Part shown: one piece after another, positions 35,681 to 37,519 of the stretch | How positions within the stretch are numbered: the stretch's first letter is position 1 | Layout: every line of letters starts with the position of its first letter | Assembly (NCBI GenBank): GCA_002171315.2 | Contig: NHFS02000036.1 | Span: forward strand, 1 to 37,519 | From: Euryarchaeota archaeon TMED117 | GTDB taxonomy: Archaea > Thermoplasmatota > Poseidoniia > Poseidoniales > Poseidoniaceae | Direction: 5' to 3' | Length of the DNA stretch: 37,519 nt | Program-made: the position numbers and the translations under genes | The notes under the pieces: generated by a model | Told to the model about the DNA's origin: nothing | The model's database searches: none | The model's input: the letters and a program-made list of their open reading frames with translations, nothing else

Positions 35681-36742
35681 ATGGGAATGAATGATGATGA
35701 TGCACGTGTTCATGACGCGTTACGTAAACTAGAAAATGATCTGAAATCAATCAAACCGTCTAAGGTGTTACTTGTAGGTGATATCATGATGGATTGTTAC
35801 ATTCATGGTTTTGCGAATAATTTGAACTCAAGAGCACCTGTTCCTGTTCTGAAAGAGATTTCAAGAGATGAGGATGTAGGAGCTGCTGCACACGTGGCTC
35901 GTGGTCTTGATTCACTTGGACTTTCGAGCCAACTTCATGGAGTCATAGGAGACGATGCTCCTGGGCTTGCTGTTTTGGATATGCTCGATGAAGAGGGAGT
36001 TGATACGTCGGGCATAGCGGTATTAGAAGACAGAATTACTACTGTCAAAACGCGCTTATTGGGAGCTCGAGAAGGACTTGTACGTGGCGAACAATTACTT
36101 TTACGCTGGGATATTGAGGACGAAAATCCAATACCTGAACATGCATCGAAATTACTTATTGATCAAACAATTAATGCTCTGCCTGGTTCTTCTTGCCTGA
36201 TCCTATCTGATTATGGATTAGGAGTCCTCAATGATGAAGGGGCAGCACGGCTCATTGCTGCTGCAAAAGCACAAAATGTTCCAATTATTGCAGATCCTAA
36301 ATTAACAGGACTTCACCGAACTAAAGGTGTTGATTGGGTTATGTTCCAATCGAAAGGACTCGAATTAATGCGAAGAAGATTGGGCTCACCAACTGGCACC
36401 GATGCTGCAATCAAATTACTGGAATCGAATGATTGGAAACATCTCGTAATTCTTGAAGGACAAGATGGTGTAACCATCCATTCAAAGGATGCTGAAACAG
36501 TCCATGTCCCATGTATGTTGGAAGATATTCGACAAATGATTGGGTTGATAGACGCTGCTGCAGTTGCGGTCGCTACAGCGATCTCATTGGGGTTGACTGT
36601 GGATGAAACCGCTCAGTTAGCAAATGCCGCAAGTGAATGTATTCTAACTGCGGATAGAACGGATCGATTTGTATTACGATTAGACGATATGATTGATCGA
36701 ATTGGTGAAATTGCTTGGAGTCTCCAAGTCTCCAAACGCTGA
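35681..36742 (+). CDS. PfkB-family carbohydrate kinase-like protein (RfaE/HldE domain I type) with degenerate catalytic motifs
   Basis: KVLLVGDIMMDCYIHG...RAPVPVLKEI...VGAAAHVARGLDSLG can be aligned residue by residue to HldE VVGDVMLDRYWYG...EAPVPVV...PGGAANVAMNIASLG. The C-terminal motif is IGLIDAAAVAVATAISLG where TGAGDTVIGVLAATLAAG is expected. Confidence 0.8.
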   Translation: MGMNDDDARVHDALRKLENDLKSIKPSKVLLVGDIMMDCYIHGFANNLNSRAPVPVLKEISRDEDVGAAAHVARGLDSLGLSSQLHGVIGDDAPGLAVLDMLDEEGVDTSGIAVLEDRITTVKTRLLGAREGLVRGEQLLLRWDIEDENPIPEHASKLLIDQTINALPGSSCLILSDYGLGVLNDEGAARLIAAAKAQNVPIIADPKLTGLHRTKGVDWVMFQSKGLELMRRRLGSPTGTDAAIKLLESNDWKHLVILEGQDGVTIHSKDAETVHVPCMLEDIRQMIGLIDAAAVAVATAISLGLTVDETAQLANAASECILTADRTDRFVLRLDDMIDRIGEIAWSLQVSKR

Positions 36743-36751
36743 GGCGAAGAA

Positions 36752-37246
36752 ATGAGTTCATGGCTAAGACCAACTACTGCAGATATTGGTTTACGCTCTT
36801 ATGCAGCAACTTTTGAGCGACTGTTTGAAGAAACCTCATACGGAATGCAGAATTATTTAATCGACTCTGAATCTGCTCGAACAATTTCAAAGCAGGTTCA
36901 CCATTCTTCGGTATGGAATGTTTCAATTCCTCTTCATGAAGAAATGAATAGTATTCTCCTTGTAAAATGGTTAGAAGAAGTATTGTATCAAGATGAAGTC
37001 GAAAGAAAGTGGATGGTTGAAAGCACTATTCGGATTACTATGGATAAGGAAGCCATTCATCTACAGGCTCATGTCCTTTGGATTCCATCTGATTCAATTA
37101 AAAAAGAAGTGGAAATCAAGGCGGTAACCCGTCAAGATCTTATTGTTATGGAAGTGAAACCAAACCAAGAAATACCATCCAATTGGCCTGAAGTACCATC
37201 ATTTGAAGGCCCGGGTTGGTTTTCTGACGTGGTATTTGACATTTGA
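36752..37246 (+). CDS. Archease (RtcB tRNA ligase / tRNA methyltransferase accessory protein)
   Basis: N-terminal TTADIGLRSYAATFERLFEE (consensus HTADIGIRAYG.TLEELFEN). Central LLVKWLEEVLY. C-terminal EIKAVTRQDLIV...VVFDI, the archease C-terminal signature. Confidence 0.85.
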   Translation: MSSWLRPTTADIGLRSYAATFERLFEETSYGMQNYLIDSESARTISKQVHHSSVWNVSIPLHEEMNSILLVKWLEEVLYQDEVERKWMVESTIRITMDKEAIHLQAHVLWIPSDSIKKEVEIKAVTRQDLIVMEVKPNQEIPSNWPEVPSFEGPGWFSDVVFDI

Positions 37247-37248
37247 AA

Positions 37249-37500
37249 GTGGGAATCCTCAGGTGGACGCTCGTACTTTTGAGCCAAATCTGCACACTTC
37301 CTCCGTCCCGAATCCCTACAGCATCCATGGCCCCAGGTAGGGATGCTCCGTTCCCGGCCTGACCTGTTCCCCCGGTTATTTGGTTCCCGTTTCCTTCCGG
37401 AAACGGTTCTCAACACCCGGATCATGTAGGGGCGAGACATCTACGTCCGCATACAGGAACCCAAAAGCCGCTTTCGCCGCCCTGAGGCATTCAGCCCACC
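37249..37500 (-). ncRNA. Archaeal signal recognition particle (7S/SRP) RNA
   Basis: The minus-strand transcript contains the helix 8 core ACAGGUCAGGCCGGGAACGGAGCAUCC. Compare E. coli 4.5S CAGGUCAGGUCCGGAAGGAAGCAGCC, with a GGAA tetraloop closed by CCG/CGG. It also contains a perfect helix-6-like hairpin CCGUUUCC-GGAA-GGAAACGG. The terminal pairing is 5' GUGGG..CCUCAGG with 3' CCUGAGG..CCCAC. The region is clearly more GC-rich than its flanks. The ends are approximate to within about 5 nt. Confidence 0.85.
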
Positions 37501-37519
37501 ATAAAGACGATTTGTGGTA

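Noticed and set aside
37132-37440. Minus-strand ORFs of 102 aa and 60 aa rich in Arg, Gly and Pro
   Set aside because: They coincide with the SRP RNA gene. Their composition reflects the GC-rich structured RNA. There is no RBS, and the 102-aa ORF also overlaps the archease 3' end.
1-37519. Mobile elements, CRISPR arrays, defence islands or prophage remnants
   Set aside because: I saw no transposase, integrase or Cas-like ORFs, no spaced direct repeats and no terminal inverted repeats. Apart from the SRP RNA, composition looks uniform by eye. The window reads as core chromosome.

Overview
This is an AT-rich, densely packed archaeal chromosomal segment with about 45 protein genes and one structured RNA. 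All family calls come from motif recognition by eye, because no searches could be run.

I recognised no CRISPR array, transposase, integrase, rRNA or tRNA.

**Archaeal markers**
- Kae1.
- A minus-strand operon: S19e, PDCD5-like DNA-binding protein, L39e, L31e, S17e.
- The tRNA-splicing endonuclease EndA.
- Archease.
- An archaeal-type SRP (7S) RNA on the minus strand at the right edge (about 37249-37500). The ORF track renders it as two spurious Arg/Gly/Pro-rich ORFs.

The gene content (hutI, M6-type protease, giant adhesin-like protein, bacterial-type pnt genes) suggests a planktonic Thermoplasmatota / Marine Group II-like lineage. That placement is inference only.

**Housekeeping and metabolic blocks**
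- hutI, partial, on the minus strand at 1-1104. It is absent from the ORF track and I found it by translating the strand myself.
- An FKBP/SlyD isomerase.
- The methylmalonyl-CoA mutase catalytic subunit plus its epimerase.
- A NatAB-like ABC exporter.
- An RHH-folE-queE-queC-msrB-queD operon for preQ0 / 7-deazaguanine synthesis.
- An operon of FMN reductase, a Cys-less FGE-like protein and an ArsC-family protein.
- A TPR protein, an IscA-YgfZ pair, an acyltransferase_3 and mdh divergent from pntAA-pntAB-pntB.

**Envelope blocks**
- 13.7-18.9 kb: a membrane protein, a 1182-aa surface protein with tandem CARDB-like domains, an untracked 57-aa two-TM ORF and a PqqD-like protein.
- 29.35-33.5 kb: an exported reeler/DOMON-like membrane protein, a divergent TatC with an extra C-terminal domain, and a membrane-anchored M6-type metalloprotease.

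**Best candidates for something undescribed**
1. The TatC-like / reeler-like / M6 protease module.
2. The operon of a wHTH protein with three TerB-like repeats, a degenerate PfkB kinase-like protein and archease, lying between endA and the SRP RNA.
3. A QueC homologue with all four zinc-ligand cysteines replaced.
4. The orphan PqqD-like protein with its mini membrane ORF beside the giant surface protein.
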